NCBI GenBank assembly: GCA_964242045.1
Contig: CAXTDB010000003.1
Span: 1-50,362 of the forward strand
DNA from: an uncultured Leptolyngbya sp.
GTDB lineage: Bacteria > Cyanobacteriota > Cyanobacteriia > Leptolyngbyales > Leptolyngbyaceae
DNA: 50,362 nt
Reading direction: 5' to 3'
The stretch's first letter is position 1; every line of letters begins with the position of its first letter. Position numbers and translations under genes: made by a program. Of this stretch, positions 9,655 through 19,500 are shown piece after piece. Below the pieces are notes generated by a model, which had not been told where the DNA came from, did not search any database, and was given only the letters and a program-made list of their open reading frames with translations.

Positions 9655-10805
9655 ACTATTACCCTCGTGAATCGATATACACATCGATCCGCTAGGTAAT
9701 ACATATATCCTTGCAAGAAGGCAAGAGTTACTTCTTCTGTATCAGACTTAATCCCATTTAAAAGATCTAAGCAACGGTTATGAAATTCAATCCCTACATC
9801 GTTCAATTGTCCAGAATCAAGTTGCGATATTAACTGATGTAGGTGGGCTTGAGTCTCCATTTCTATCTCCCTGCGTCTTGATAGCTCCATGTAACTTGGA
9901 CTCAGGGTAAGACTTCGATAAAATCTTCGTTGTTCTTGTGCCCTTTCAATCGAGTCAGCAGGAACCCCTGCTTTCTCCATTTTTTCATGAAGTTGCTTAC
10001 CTTTACTGCCAATTCCAGGGTGTTGAGCTTTTGCCGCAGAGTCTTTAATCCAACTCAAGAAGTCACCCTGTTGCAACTTTTTAGTTTCAGGATTGATTGA
10101 CCATTTTGCTCTACCTGAATCTTGCACCTTTTGCAAAATCTTTTTGTACAATTCATCCCATTGATCTTCGGCTAGAAAAATACCGAGGTCTGAACAAAAA
10201 CGCCGCAGCTTCAAAAGATTTTTATTCTCTAGAGAGTTAGTTGAATGACAAATCTCCCACACTGTGCGCGATAACCAAGAAGATGTGCTACTACCCTTCG
10301 GAGATTTATAATCCGGTATTTTTTCTACAACTTGCTCGCATAGTTTGCTAAAGCTCTCATTAGGTGAAATGCGATCTGGAGAGTTTAGAGGCAGTGTTAG
10401 AATCTTAAGCTCGTCGTTAACAGGTAAGCATGTCACCATACGGAAACGGCATGGCTCTGCTCCACGCTCGTAGGCAAGTGATTTCTCAAGAATTGAACTG
10501 CCGAGAACTGAAGTTTTCCCCTTTTTATCTCGCTTACACAACTCTGCTACAGACCAAAAATGCGGAAATTCATTGCTTTTTACCTGAATGAATTCAAATT
10601 CTTCACCCTGTCCGTTATTGTGAATAAGGGTAATGTCATCTAGGGTTTCGCACCAGACTGCCAGAAGTGCTGTATTTTGAATCATATCTATGCAATATCC
10701 AGCAGCAACATGATCTTGAAATTCAAATCCACCGCGGGCAATTACACCACCATTCTCAAGTGGTTGGATAGTGTGATACGAGGGCAAAAGAGGCACTGAA
10801 GACAA
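9651..10805 (-). CDS. lmuA: Cap4-like (DUF4297-type) dsDNA endonuclease effector with a C-terminal ABC-3C domain
   Basis: GFEFQDHVA...CETLDDI...FIQVK nuclease motif; C-terminal GYMYYLADRCVYRF; first gene of the three-gene operon. Confidence 0.82.
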   Translation of the reverse strand: MSSVPLLPSYHTIQPLENGGVIARGGFEFQDHVAAGYCIDMIQNTALLAVWCETLDDITLIHNNGQGEEFEFIQVKSNEFPHFWSVAELCKRDKKGKTSVLGSSILEKSLAYERGAEPCRFRMVTCLPVNDELKILTLPLNSPDRISPNESFSKLCEQVVEKIPDYKSPKGSSTSSWLSRTVWEICHSTNSLENKNLLKLRRFCSDLGIFLAEDQWDELYKKILQKVQDSGRAKWSINPETKKLQQGDFLSWIKDSAAKAQHPGIGSKGKQLHEKMEKAGVPADSIERAQEQRRFYRSLTLSPSYMELSRRREIEMETQAHLHQLISQLDSGQLNDVGIEFHNRCLDLLNGIKSDTEEVTLAFLQGYMYYLADRCVYRFTRVIV

Positions 10806-10892
10806 ACTTTACTCCAGTATTAATACGTAATTGTGGAAGATCTTTTTCTTTGTAACTATTTCTACAACCTAAGTCAAGAGTTGTACAAGCGC

Positions 10893-11051
10893 GACCGCAA
10901 CGGGGAAGACATTCCCACTGGTGCGGAACGCGCAAATTAGACGAAAGCGCGAGTGAGGCAAGCAGAAGAACGGGCAGGTGAGGTAGAGCAGAAAGTACAA
11001 AGATCAGCCGAACGATCACGAGCAATGGGCGTAAATTCAGATGAAATTTAA
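10893..11051 (+). pseudogene. 3' remnant of a Uma2 family endonuclease gene
   Basis: Translates as DRNGEDIPTGAERAN*TKARVRQAEERAGEVEQKVQRSAERSRAMGVNSDEI*, the typical coiled-coil tail of cyanobacterial Uma2 proteins. Internal TAG at 10938-10940. Confidence 0.7.
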
Positions 11052-14000
11052 GCAGCATCAACGCTTGTTACTGTTTCGTTGAACGATCGCACAATTTCCA
11101 CAATTTGATCTGCCTCATGATCTTGGAACACTCCATCTAGACCGTCAGGATGTGCGTCAGTAAACGGCGGCTCGTAGAGTTGTCCAGGGTCCATGATGCC
11201 ATTTTGAGTCAGATAGTCGATGATGGTTTCGACAAATCGAATTTGATTGGCGCTGAAGTTGTTCCCTTCGAGATATCGCGCGAAAGCTTGCTTGGCAGCA
11301 TTGCGATCGAGTCCGATGAGTTGACGAATCAACAGCTTGAGGCTGAGATTCTTGCCAAAGACCTGCTCAAACTGTTCTCGACTCTCGATCGCGCTGGATT
11401 GAAACAGCATCGTTTCGAGCGATTCTAAGTCGGATTCGGTGAGGGGAACATTGCGCTTCAGTTTAGCGATCGCGATATGGTCTTCGTTTGCTCGAATGTA
11501 TGCTTCTACCTTTTTGCGGTACTGATACGGGCTGAATCCGGTTTGCTGAATCGGCACATCGACTTCTTGCACCTCGCCCATTTGATCGGTGAAATCGGTG
11601 TAGACGATGCGCTGTTCTTGGCGATCGATGAACTTGATCAAATCGCGCAAATTCATTCTCATCGCGTCAATCATCCAAGGGGTGATGTCTGTCCACCAGG
11701 ATTCAGCCTGAACTTCATCAATCAGGGTCAGGTGTTGCTTCACCATTGGAATGTCCCGCTTGTTCTCAAGCTGGCTGACGAGATCTCGCACTTTATCGCG
11801 TAGTTGAACGAAGTCATTAGTACGCTTGAGGATAGAGAGTTGAAGCTTGAAACAGAGCAAGTCGAACTCTTTAGCAAGGCGATCGTCATTCGGCAGGCTG
11901 TTTGGCAGATTGGCGAGAGCGTCGGTAATGATTTCGGTGTCTTCTTCGCTGAGGTGTTCCCACCGTTGTCGATCGGAGAAGGTTTCGACTTGTTGAAGGT
12001 GGCGACGAACGAGGAAGTTTTCTCGCTCCATTGTGGCAACGTGCTGATGCAGGTCATTCAGGAGGGTGCTGCGGAGCGCGGATTGCTTCGGGTCGGGTGA
12101 TTCTGATCGATCGAGTAGTTGGGCAAGTTCAAGGCGTTTTTTGACTAAGCGGCTCGTGAGTGTTTCGGGAAGTGTTTGGTTGACTTCGGGGAGTTGTTGC
12201 TTGAAGAACTCGAAATTTGCACAGAGATCGAAGACTAAGAATCTGGTCTTGTTTTGTCCAATGCCGAAGAGATCGGGACAGAGCCGAGTTCCACGTCCGA
12301 TCATTTGATTGAACTTGACTCGTGAGAAAACAGGCTTGAAAAACATCAAATTTACGACTTCGGGCACATCAACACCCGTATCGAGCATATCGACTGAAAC
12401 CGCGATCGTGGGTTGTTTGTGTGCTTCTGAGAAGTCATCGAGCAAACTTTCGGCATAAGCAATCTCGCTGTGAATCACTTGAGCAAACTTGCCGTTGTAA
12501 TGGGGATAGTTTTTGTTGAAGCGCTCCACAATAAACTCAGCATGTTTCTTGGTGCGGGCGAAGATGATGGTTTTTCCTAAGCGATCGCCTCCTTCGACTT
12601 TTAGCCCGCGTTGCATCAGAAGTTCGATCGCTTGATCCACGGTGCTAATGTTGAAAAGCCACTGATTCAACGCAGTCGAATCAACCTGGGCAGGAATCGC
12701 TCCGGTGTCTTCGTCTCTGAATTTTTCTTCGTATTCTTCTTGTTCTTCGGGAGTTAAGTCTGCGTATTTGACTCCGGTGCGGAGAAACTTGAAGGGCACA
12801 TCAACCCCTCGCGCTGGAACTAGATAATGATCGCTGACAGCATCGGTTAGCTCGTAAGCAAACGTGGGATTGCCTTTCTCTAGTTCAAAGATGCGATAGG
12901 TATCACGGTGAACTTCATCGCGTGGGGTTGCAGTTAATCCAACGAGCAAAGCATCGAAGTAGTCGAAGATAGCACTGTATTTTTGGTAAATCGATCGATG
13001 CGCTTCATCGACAATGATTAAATCAAAATGCCCTGATCCGAAGGTTCGCTCGTTGCCTTTGACCCGATCGATGAAATTGATCATCGTGGGATAGGTGGAG
13101 AGAACGACATTTGCACCTTCGACGGCTTTATCTTTGGTGAGATTGATCGCGGTGACGGTCGGGAGATGCGTTTTGAAGGCGCGTAAGGCTTGAGTGAGTA
13201 GAGCAGTGCGATCGGCAAGAAAGAGAACTCGTTTGACCCAGTTCGCTTTGATCAGTAAGTCAACGAGTGCGATCGCGGTTCTGGTTTTCCCGGTTCCGGT
13301 TGCCATGACTAAGAGGGCTTTGCGGCTTTTCTTTTGGTCGAATGTGTCAGCGATGCGGCGAATGGCTTCGGTTTGATAACTGCGATTGACGATCGCGGGA
13401 TTCACTTGAACAAGGTGGAGACGCTTGCGGCTGGTGCGACGGAAGATGAGGCGCTCTAGTTCATCTTTTTTGAGAAAGCCGCTAATTTTGCGGGGTGGAT
13501 AGCTTTGATCGTCCCAAATCCATTGCTCGTATCCGTTGCTGTAGAAGATGATCGGGCGAGTGCCAAATTGGGCTTCTAAACAGTTGGCGTAGAGTTCGGC
13601 TTGATGCTTGCCGTCTTGAGGATTTTTCGTGGTGCGTTTGGCTTCGATCAGGGCGAGGGGTTTACCGTTGTCGCCCCACAGCACATAATCGACTCTGCCA
13701 TTTCCGCTGTCGTTGGGCATTCCTTGAACGGGATACTCGATCGAGTGCGGGGTTTCGAGATTCCAGCCTGCTTCTTTGAGCAACACATCGATCAGATATT
13801 TGCGGGTGTCGGCTTCGTGGTAATCGTGGCGATCGGGGACGGTTGCGTTTGATTGTTTGAGGGCGGCGAGTTCGGCTTTGAGGGTGGCGAGTTCTTCGGC
13901 GGTTTGAGAGTAGCGGGTTTCGGCAATGCGCCGCATCTCATCGGCTTGAGAAAGCTGGGTTGCGAGCGTTTGGAGTTGTTGCTGAGTGAGATCTCGATCG

Positions 14001-14455
14001 ACGGAATTAGACTGGGGGACGAGAGCGCGATCGAAGGTGAGCGCAGGTAAGTTCCGACCCTCCGGGGCGTAATAGCGGTACAGCCAGTAAAGGAAGTGAA
14101 AGAGTTCTTGAACAACAGCGATCGCGTCACGGGAATGAATGACGGTCGATTCGTGAACGGCGAGGTTGCCGACCTTGTGAATGGTGCGGACTTTTTGAAA
14201 CAGACTGGGGGGATTGAGATTGTCTTTGAAGGTTTGCTCGTGGATCAGTGCACCGAGGTTGTTATCTTTGGGGTCTCGGTAGGGGAGTTGCAGGTAAGTA
14301 TCGTTTTTGTAGAGCCAGTGGACGGCTTGCTCTAATGCGAAGCGGGCATAGAAGCAACTGGCACGAGGAGCGGTGTAGATTAGGCTCTCAGCGTGGGTGG
14401 CGTGTTCATGAAGTTTGGAGAATTGAGGGGTGAGAAAATCAAAGTTTGATGCCAT
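11048..14455 (-). CDS. hsdR: Type I restriction enzyme R subunit (EcoAI/EcoEI-like, N-terminal DUF4145-like)
   Basis: VDYVL...IEAK nuclease motif, MATGTGKT, DEAH, TATP, QMIGRGTR and LYEPPF C-terminus. Likely start is MASNFDFL. Confidence 0.96.
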   Translation of the reverse strand: MASNFDFLTPQFSKLHEHATHAESLIYTAPRASCFYARFALEQAVHWLYKNDTYLQLPYRDPKDNNLGALIHEQTFKDNLNPPSLFQKVRTIHKVGNLAVHESTVIHSRDAIAVVQELFHFLYWLYRYYAPEGRNLPALTFDRALVPQSNSVDRDLTQQQLQTLATQLSQADEMRRIAETRYSQTAEELATLKAELAALKQSNATVPDRHDYHEADTRKYLIDVLLKEAGWNLETPHSIEYPVQGMPNDSGNGRVDYVLWGDNGKPLALIEAKRTTKNPQDGKHQAELYANCLEAQFGTRPIIFYSNGYEQWIWDDQSYPPRKISGFLKKDELERLIFRRTSRKRLHLVQVNPAIVNRSYQTEAIRRIADTFDQKKSRKALLVMATGTGKTRTAIALVDLLIKANWVKRVLFLADRTALLTQALRAFKTHLPTVTAINLTKDKAVEGANVVLSTYPTMINFIDRVKGNERTFGSGHFDLIIVDEAHRSIYQKYSAIFDYFDALLVGLTATPRDEVHRDTYRIFELEKGNPTFAYELTDAVSDHYLVPARGVDVPFKFLRTGVKYADLTPEEQEEYEEKFRDEDTGAIPAQVDSTALNQWLFNISTVDQAIELLMQRGLKVEGGDRLGKTIIFARTKKHAEFIVERFNKNYPHYNGKFAQVIHSEIAYAESLLDDFSEAHKQPTIAVSVDMLDTGVDVPEVVNLMFFKPVFSRVKFNQMIGRGTRLCPDLFGIGQNKTRFLVFDLCANFEFFKQQLPEVNQTLPETLTSRLVKKRLELAQLLDRSESPDPKQSALRSTLLNDLHQHVATMERENFLVRRHLQQVETFSDRQRWEHLSEEDTEIITDALANLPNSLPNDDRLAKEFDLLCFKLQLSILKRTNDFVQLRDKVRDLVSQLENKRDIPMVKQHLTLIDEVQAESWWTDITPWMIDAMRMNLRDLIKFIDRQEQRIVYTDFTDQMGEVQEVDVPIQQTGFSPYQYRKKVEAYIRANEDHIAIAKLKRNVPLTESDLESLETMLFQSSAIESREQFEQVFGKNLSLKLLIRQLIGLDRNAAKQAFARYLEGNNFSANQIRFVETIIDYLTQNGIMDPGQLYEPPFTDAHPDGLDGVFQDHEADQIVEIVRSFNETVTSVDAA

Positions 14456-14607
14456 GAGTGCCGACCCACAAAGAAATCTAATAAGCACCAGTATATTTAG
14501 TTACACAAGTTTTGGTGATCCATTTCAATTGAAATTGATAGAACGGTTACCCGAAGGAGAACTTGCTTCGCAAACCGCACAAGGAACCAATTTTGAGGTC
14601 GAAGGTT

Positions 14608-15054
14608 TTAGGGCTGCTGATTTAATGCTTGAAACTGGGCAAGTTCGTTCAATAACATTTGCTGATCTTTCCACAAATCTAGTCGCCCGTCCCGATAGAT
14701 TTTGGCAATGAAGGGAGCCGGATGCTGACGGACAAATTCCTGCATCGGAACAACGACCTTTTGAAGAATGGCAACCATGTCAGCACCGGAAAGGCTTTGA
14801 GAGGCGAGCGTGAACATTTTGATGCCCGCAGTAGTAACTGCGATTCTCTCTAGAGTGCGCTTGCCGATGTTTTCATCTTTTGTAAGAACGACCCAGCCTT
14901 TTCTACCAACCTCCGGCAGCCAATTCACATCTAAAGCATCTGGATCAAAATGGTCGCTGTGGATTTCAACGGTGATGCCTGCATCTCGAAGAGCCTTGGG
15001 AATGTGCTTGCTGCCTAGACATCGATCGATAAAGAATGTAATGGTCTGTGTCAT
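14608..15054 (-). CDS. PIN-domain protein (VapC45-like toxin)
   Basis: FFIDRCLG...D..W...GWVVLTKD; overlaps the stop of the DUF433 gene. Confidence 0.85.
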   Translation of the reverse strand: MTQTITFFIDRCLGSKHIPKALRDAGITVEIHSDHFDPDALDVNWLPEVGRKGWVVLTKDENIGKRTLERIAVTTAGIKMFTLASQSLSGADMVAILQKVVVPMQEFVRQHPAPFIAKIYRDGRLDLWKDQQMLLNELAQFQALNQQP

Positions 15055-15758
15055 GCAGCAGCAGGGAGTTCACACCGAATAGCTTCCTCGATTTTGAGTC
15101 GATCGCAGTTGTAATCGTCAGCTAAATCGTCGATCGAATCCCCAGCTTGGTAGCGTTCTGCTAAGACACTAGTGGCGATTCCGGTTCCAGCGATGACGAG
15201 ACGACCAAAGGCAATCCGAGGATCGATCACAACGATGCGAGGATTGTCTGCTTCGCGGGAACGGGTAAACGGGTAGAGTTTGATTGCGAGTCCGCTATTG
15301 TCAGGTTCGATGCGATCGAGGTGCTGTTTTAGCGCGTCTTTAAGTTCTAGTTGTCCACGTTTTGAAGCGTTGATTAGGGAACCGTAGTGATCGATAAAGA
15401 GATCAACGCCATCAGTGCGAAAGCTTCCATGAGCCAGAAGCGGCTGAGGATTCTGGAAGTGTTCGCTGATGTAGTCGAGGGCAGTCCGAACTTTGTCGAG
15501 TTGAATCTTGTGATCTTTTCGGATGGCTCGAAGGACGTGAACTTCGATTAGATTGTTGAATGAAAGTAGGATTGGTTTGCGATCGTGGCGCACAGCAATC
15601 ACTGGCTCGAATTGTCTGGAGCCTCTGGGGGTAGTGTAGCGTCGTCCGACTGTCCAGGAGCGAATCGTGCCTGCGGGGATGCGGAGGTAGCGGGCAGCAT
15701 CGCCGATCGAGTAAGTCGGGATGCTTCTAGGATCAACGTCTTGGTATAGATTGCTCAT
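15051..15758 (-). CDS. DUF433 domain antitoxin (VapB45-like)
   Basis: N-terminal HTH (DAARYLRIPAGTIRSW) and C-terminal IDPRIAFGRLVIAGTGI...AGDSIDDLADDY. Confidence 0.88.
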   Translation of the reverse strand: MSNLYQDVDPRSIPTYSIGDAARYLRIPAGTIRSWTVGRRYTTPRGSRQFEPVIAVRHDRKPILLSFNNLIEVHVLRAIRKDHKIQLDKVRTALDYISEHFQNPQPLLAHGSFRTDGVDLFIDHYGSLINASKRGQLELKDALKQHLDRIEPDNSGLAIKLYPFTRSREADNPRIVVIDPRIAFGRLVIAGTGIATSVLAERYQAGDSIDDLADDYNCDRLKIEEAIRCELPAAA

Positions 15759-15846
15759 AGAAATGCTTGTAAAAATGATTAATTAATACAAGTGTACTTT
15801 TTAGATAGAAATCGGAAAAGAGCAATATTGACCATTATTTAATTTC

Positions 15847-16185
15847 TTAGGATAGAGCATATTCGGTGATCTGTCGTCGTTGTTCAGACTTGAAGCCAAG
15901 AACGATTTGCTGTTTTGGAATGCCGACCTCGACGAGTTCACTGGCGATACCGTCTTCGGTTCCGTCTTGTTGAATCCAAATTTTCTGGTTGATGATGTCG
16001 AGATGGATTAGCGTGCCATAAACGCGCCGCCCGTTTTGCCAACCGAGTTCGACGAGGAGATAATGGTCATTTGTTTCATCGCTGACGATTTGCAGTTGTG
16101 TGTCAGGATCGTTGCCTAAAAAGCCGGCATAGTTTTGTAGCACAGTCAGAATGGCTTGTTTTAGGCTGGTGTTTAAGGTATCCAT
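15847..16185 (-). CDS. xisI: XisI protein
   Basis: DHYLL..GW...IHLDII..KIWIQQDGTEDGIA.EL...GIPK..IVLGF. Confidence 0.95.
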   Translation of the reverse strand: MDTLNTSLKQAILTVLQNYAGFLGNDPDTQLQIVSDETNDHYLLVELGWQNGRRVYGTLIHLDIINQKIWIQQDGTEDGIASELVEVGIPKQQIVLGFKSEQRRQITEYALS

Positions 16186-16592
16186 TTCACAATGACCTCC
16201 TGAATGGGATTGAACGTAAATAGACGAATGACCTCATCTTCAATCAGAACGATTCCAGCTTCTTCTTCAAAAACAGACTGCCGGACTTCATCAGGAACCG
16301 CCAAGTAGAGCTTTCTCTCCGGATCGTAACGAGTTAACAAGCGTTCGTAAAGCACAAATTGACCGAGTGCGTCTTCTAAATCTTTCATTTCTGACTCACT
16401 GCGGAAGCTTTTGACTTCGATCGCGATTTTCTCAATGCCTCTCTCTGCGGCGATCAGTCGTTCTGCTCCTAAATCAACATAAAGGTTTTTGCCTCGCGCT
16501 AGTTTAAGACGGTAAGGATCATGGGTAATTGTCCATCCATCTTTGATTAAGGCATTTCTCACAGTGTCATGATAAATATCTCGTGCTGGCAT
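16173..16592 (-). CDS. xisH: XisH family PD-(D/E)XK protein
   Basis: MPARDIYH..VRNALIKDGWTITHDP, DLGAE, IAIEVKSF, ALGQF and LYLAV. Confidence 0.95.
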   Translation of the reverse strand: MPARDIYHDTVRNALIKDGWTITHDPYRLKLARGKNLYVDLGAERLIAAERGIEKIAIEVKSFRSESEMKDLEDALGQFVLYERLLTRYDPERKLYLAVPDEVRQSVFEEEAGIVLIEDEVIRLFTFNPIQEVIVKWIP

Positions 16593-16595
16593 TGC

Positions 16596-17777
16596 TCAAA
16601 GTTCCCCTCGAAAAGCTCTTTGAAGAAGGGAGCTAAAGAGATCAGATTGGCTATCAAAAGAATTGCATTGTTGTTTAAGGCAATTCTCAAGTCGTCTACG
16701 AACATCTACATATCTCTCTTGCTCCTCACGAGGAGGAACAGAAATCTTAAACTCTCTTAACTCTCGAAGATTAAGTGTTTTCTGAGCTACACCTCGAACT
16801 TGCCGATCTGCTTGTTGCTTTATTCCTTTAGACTGCATAAGCCCCAACAGAAATTCTGGATGAATTTTTTCTTGATTGGGCTTGAGATGGGCTATGTGTC
16901 TTTGAAAAGAAAAACGTTTCTTTGTTCGGACTAACGCAGCGTTTCCATAGCTTCCTACAGTCGTATACAAGATATCATTTACCTCAATTGGGCAACGAGT
17001 ATTTAACGAAGACCATGATTCCTCAGTAATGTATTTGCTTACGTTAAAATCAAGCTCTCCATCAACTACATTGCTAACAAATAAAAACGGAACTCCTTCT
17101 ACTGCCCACTCTGGCGGCTGATGTGTTCCGTCTGTTATTCTCCGACAAACTTGCTCAAGTTCAATAATTCTCCAACCTTTAGGATTCGTCACTGGATCGC
17201 CAAACATTTCCAAGAAAGCCGATCGCAATAATTCCTCTGTCAGTCGAATCGCTTCTTGGCGTTTGCGGCGAATGGCATCGGCTCGATCGAGGATGTTGGC
17301 AATGCGGCGTTGTTCATCGATCGAAGGTAGGGGAATAGTATAGTCTTTAACAATTGTGTCCGATACGGCTGGATAACTTGCTCCCGTACTTTTTCTAACC
17401 ATATCTTGTACAAAATAAGGGGTCATTACCCAGTAGTACAAGTAACGTGGATTAAGCTTTTCTGCTTTCGCTCGTAGTACTGCAAAACCAGTCGAAGCAA
17501 TTGCACGATTGAAACGACTGTCAAGATGAGCAACGGCGTTAAGATTGGGTCGAACTGTGGAAACTAAAACGTCGCCCGTTTCTACAATTTGCCTTGCTCG
17601 GCTAGGTGCTTCATGAGCCAGAATCTTGGAAGCGTCTTCAACTTGTTTTGTTTCTCGATTAACTGAAGAGATGTCAAGGTATGTAAGCAACTCATTTCGT
17701 TCGAGTTGCCAAGGATTGCATCTATCTACTGAATTAACAAGGTTCCCTATGGGAATCAGAGGGTAAGTTGATCTCAT
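16596..17777 (-). CDS. hsdS: Type I R-M specificity subunit
   Basis: Two TRDs separated by the conserved IPLPSIDEQRRIA...FLEMFGDP region; ends LLQRAFRGEL. Confidence 0.95.
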   Translation of the reverse strand: MRSTYPLIPIGNLVNSVDRCNPWQLERNELLTYLDISSVNRETKQVEDASKILAHEAPSRARQIVETGDVLVSTVRPNLNAVAHLDSRFNRAIASTGFAVLRAKAEKLNPRYLYYWVMTPYFVQDMVRKSTGASYPAVSDTIVKDYTIPLPSIDEQRRIANILDRADAIRRKRQEAIRLTEELLRSAFLEMFGDPVTNPKGWRIIELEQVCRRITDGTHQPPEWAVEGVPFLFVSNVVDGELDFNVSKYITEESWSSLNTRCPIEVNDILYTTVGSYGNAALVRTKKRFSFQRHIAHLKPNQEKIHPEFLLGLMQSKGIKQQADRQVRGVAQKTLNLRELREFKISVPPREEQERYVDVRRRLENCLKQQCNSFDSQSDLFSSLLQRAFRGEL

Positions 17778-19288
17778 TTCAGCAACTTCTCTAAGGCATC
17801 CAAATCAGTCTGAATTTCAGCTTCTAGCGATCGCAGTTTCTTCAAAATCTCTTTTGGTGGCTCATACGCAGTCTCTTCATACTCAACCTCTTTGTAACGG
17901 TTGATCGATAAGTCATAACTATTTGAAGCGATCGCATCTTTCGCCACAAAAAACGTTTTGCTTGATCGATGCGTGTCTATCGCTGGATCTCGCACTTTCC
18001 ACCGCTTGATCAGATCTGGAATATCATTCTGCTCCACAGGCTGCCGCTTATCATCCAGCGATAAGCCATCTGCCTCCATATCGTAAAACCAAACGAAATC
18101 CGTTCCCCCCGCTCCCGTCTTCGTAAACATCAACACTGCCGTCGAAACCCCCGCATACGGCTTAAACACCCCCGACGGCATCGAAATCACCCCATCGAGC
18201 TTATGATTTTCCACCAACTCTTTGCGTAATGCCTTATGCGCCGTCGATGACCCAAAGAGCACCCCATCCGGCACAATCACCGCCCCCCGTCCGCCCTTCT
18301 TCAGCAACCGCAAAAACAACGCCCCAAACAGCAGTTCGGTCTTCGTCGTCGAAACAATCTTTGTCAAATCTTTTGCGATCATCGATTTCTCCACCGACCC
18401 CTTAAACGGCGGATTCGCCAAAATCATCGTAAACGCTTCATTCACCGAAGCATGATCCTCTGATAATGAATCTCGCGCCTCGATCTTCGGCTGCTCAATT
18501 CCATGTAGCATCAAATTCATACTGCCAATCCGCAGCATCGTCGCATCAAAATCAAACCCATGAAACATCTCCTGATTGAAATGCTCCCGATTCCCCTGTG
18601 CGTTCAGAATCGAGTTGCCTTCGCTATCTTTACGATCACGTAAATACTCAGCGACCGCCACCAAAAAACCACCTGTTCCACAAGCTGGATCACAGATGAT
18701 TTCTCTCGCTCCTGGCTCCATCAACTCCACAATCATTTTGATAATATGGCGCGGCGTGCGAAACTGCCCATTCTGTCCAGCGGTCGTCAACTTCGATAGC
18801 ATGTATTCATACAAGTCGCCCATTAAATCAACGTATGAGGACTCTTTTGAGGCTGCCGCCTGCTTCTCCAGCAGTTCCAGAATTCTATCAATCTGCTCGA
18901 TCACACTCGCCAATAGCGCGGCGTTCGCGATAAGAAAAACAGCATCTCTCATGTGATGTGCGTAGGTGCTGCCCGCTGCCGTTCCACCTAGATCCTTGAT
19001 GAAGGGAAACGCCTTATCTCGAATACAGATGAGCTTTTCCTCTGGGTTATCGATCTGCTTGAAAAACGACCATCGACGGGGATCGTCCTTCGCAGTGAAA
19101 ATGCGATCGCTCACTTCTCGCTTCAGCCGTTCCGCTCTCCGCTCTTTTGCGAGTTCTAGATCATCGAGTCGCTTGATGAATAGTAAATACGAAATCTGCT
19201 CAATCACCGAGATTGGATTACTGATTCCATTACTCCAAAAGGTTTCCCAAAGCTTATCAACCTTCGATCTTAATTCACCTGTGATCAT
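17774..19288 (-). CDS. hsdM: Type I R-M N6-adenine methyltransferase
   Basis: GQFRTPRHI, DPACGTGGFL and ANPPF motifs. Confidence 0.97.
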   Translation of the reverse strand: MITGELRSKVDKLWETFWSNGISNPISVIEQISYLLFIKRLDDLELAKERRAERLKREVSDRIFTAKDDPRRWSFFKQIDNPEEKLICIRDKAFPFIKDLGGTAAGSTYAHHMRDAVFLIANAALLASVIEQIDRILELLEKQAAASKESSYVDLMGDLYEYMLSKLTTAGQNGQFRTPRHIIKMIVELMEPGAREIICDPACGTGGFLVAVAEYLRDRKDSEGNSILNAQGNREHFNQEMFHGFDFDATMLRIGSMNLMLHGIEQPKIEARDSLSEDHASVNEAFTMILANPPFKGSVEKSMIAKDLTKIVSTTKTELLFGALFLRLLKKGGRGAVIVPDGVLFGSSTAHKALRKELVENHKLDGVISMPSGVFKPYAGVSTAVLMFTKTGAGGTDFVWFYDMEADGLSLDDKRQPVEQNDIPDLIKRWKVRDPAIDTHRSSKTFFVAKDAIASNSYDLSINRYKEVEYEETAYEPPKEILKKLRSLEAEIQTDLDALEKLLK

Positions 19289-19500
19289 CCGTCTAACCCC
19301 TCGAACAAGAATCGTCCGCCCTCAAGTTTTGCGATCATCACCTTGAGAGAAGCCCTTGAGATTAGACATCATAAAGCCTTTTCTCAAAACATTGGCATTT
19401 TATCGAATCGTTCTAGAATTTTGGAACTTTTCCTTCAATGTATGTGAGTTTGTGAAATAGAATTTGTCCTACACTATGCTGTGTCATCTCAATTCAACTC

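Noticed and set aside
10756-11061. 101-aa minus-strand ORF between hsdR and the nuclease gene
   Set aside because: It is the antisense shadow of the Uma2 remnant and overlaps both neighbours.
11150-14433. Many + strand ORFs of 60-110 aa inside hsdR (and similar ones inside other long genes)
   Set aside because: Antisense shadows caused by the codon bias of the real gene.
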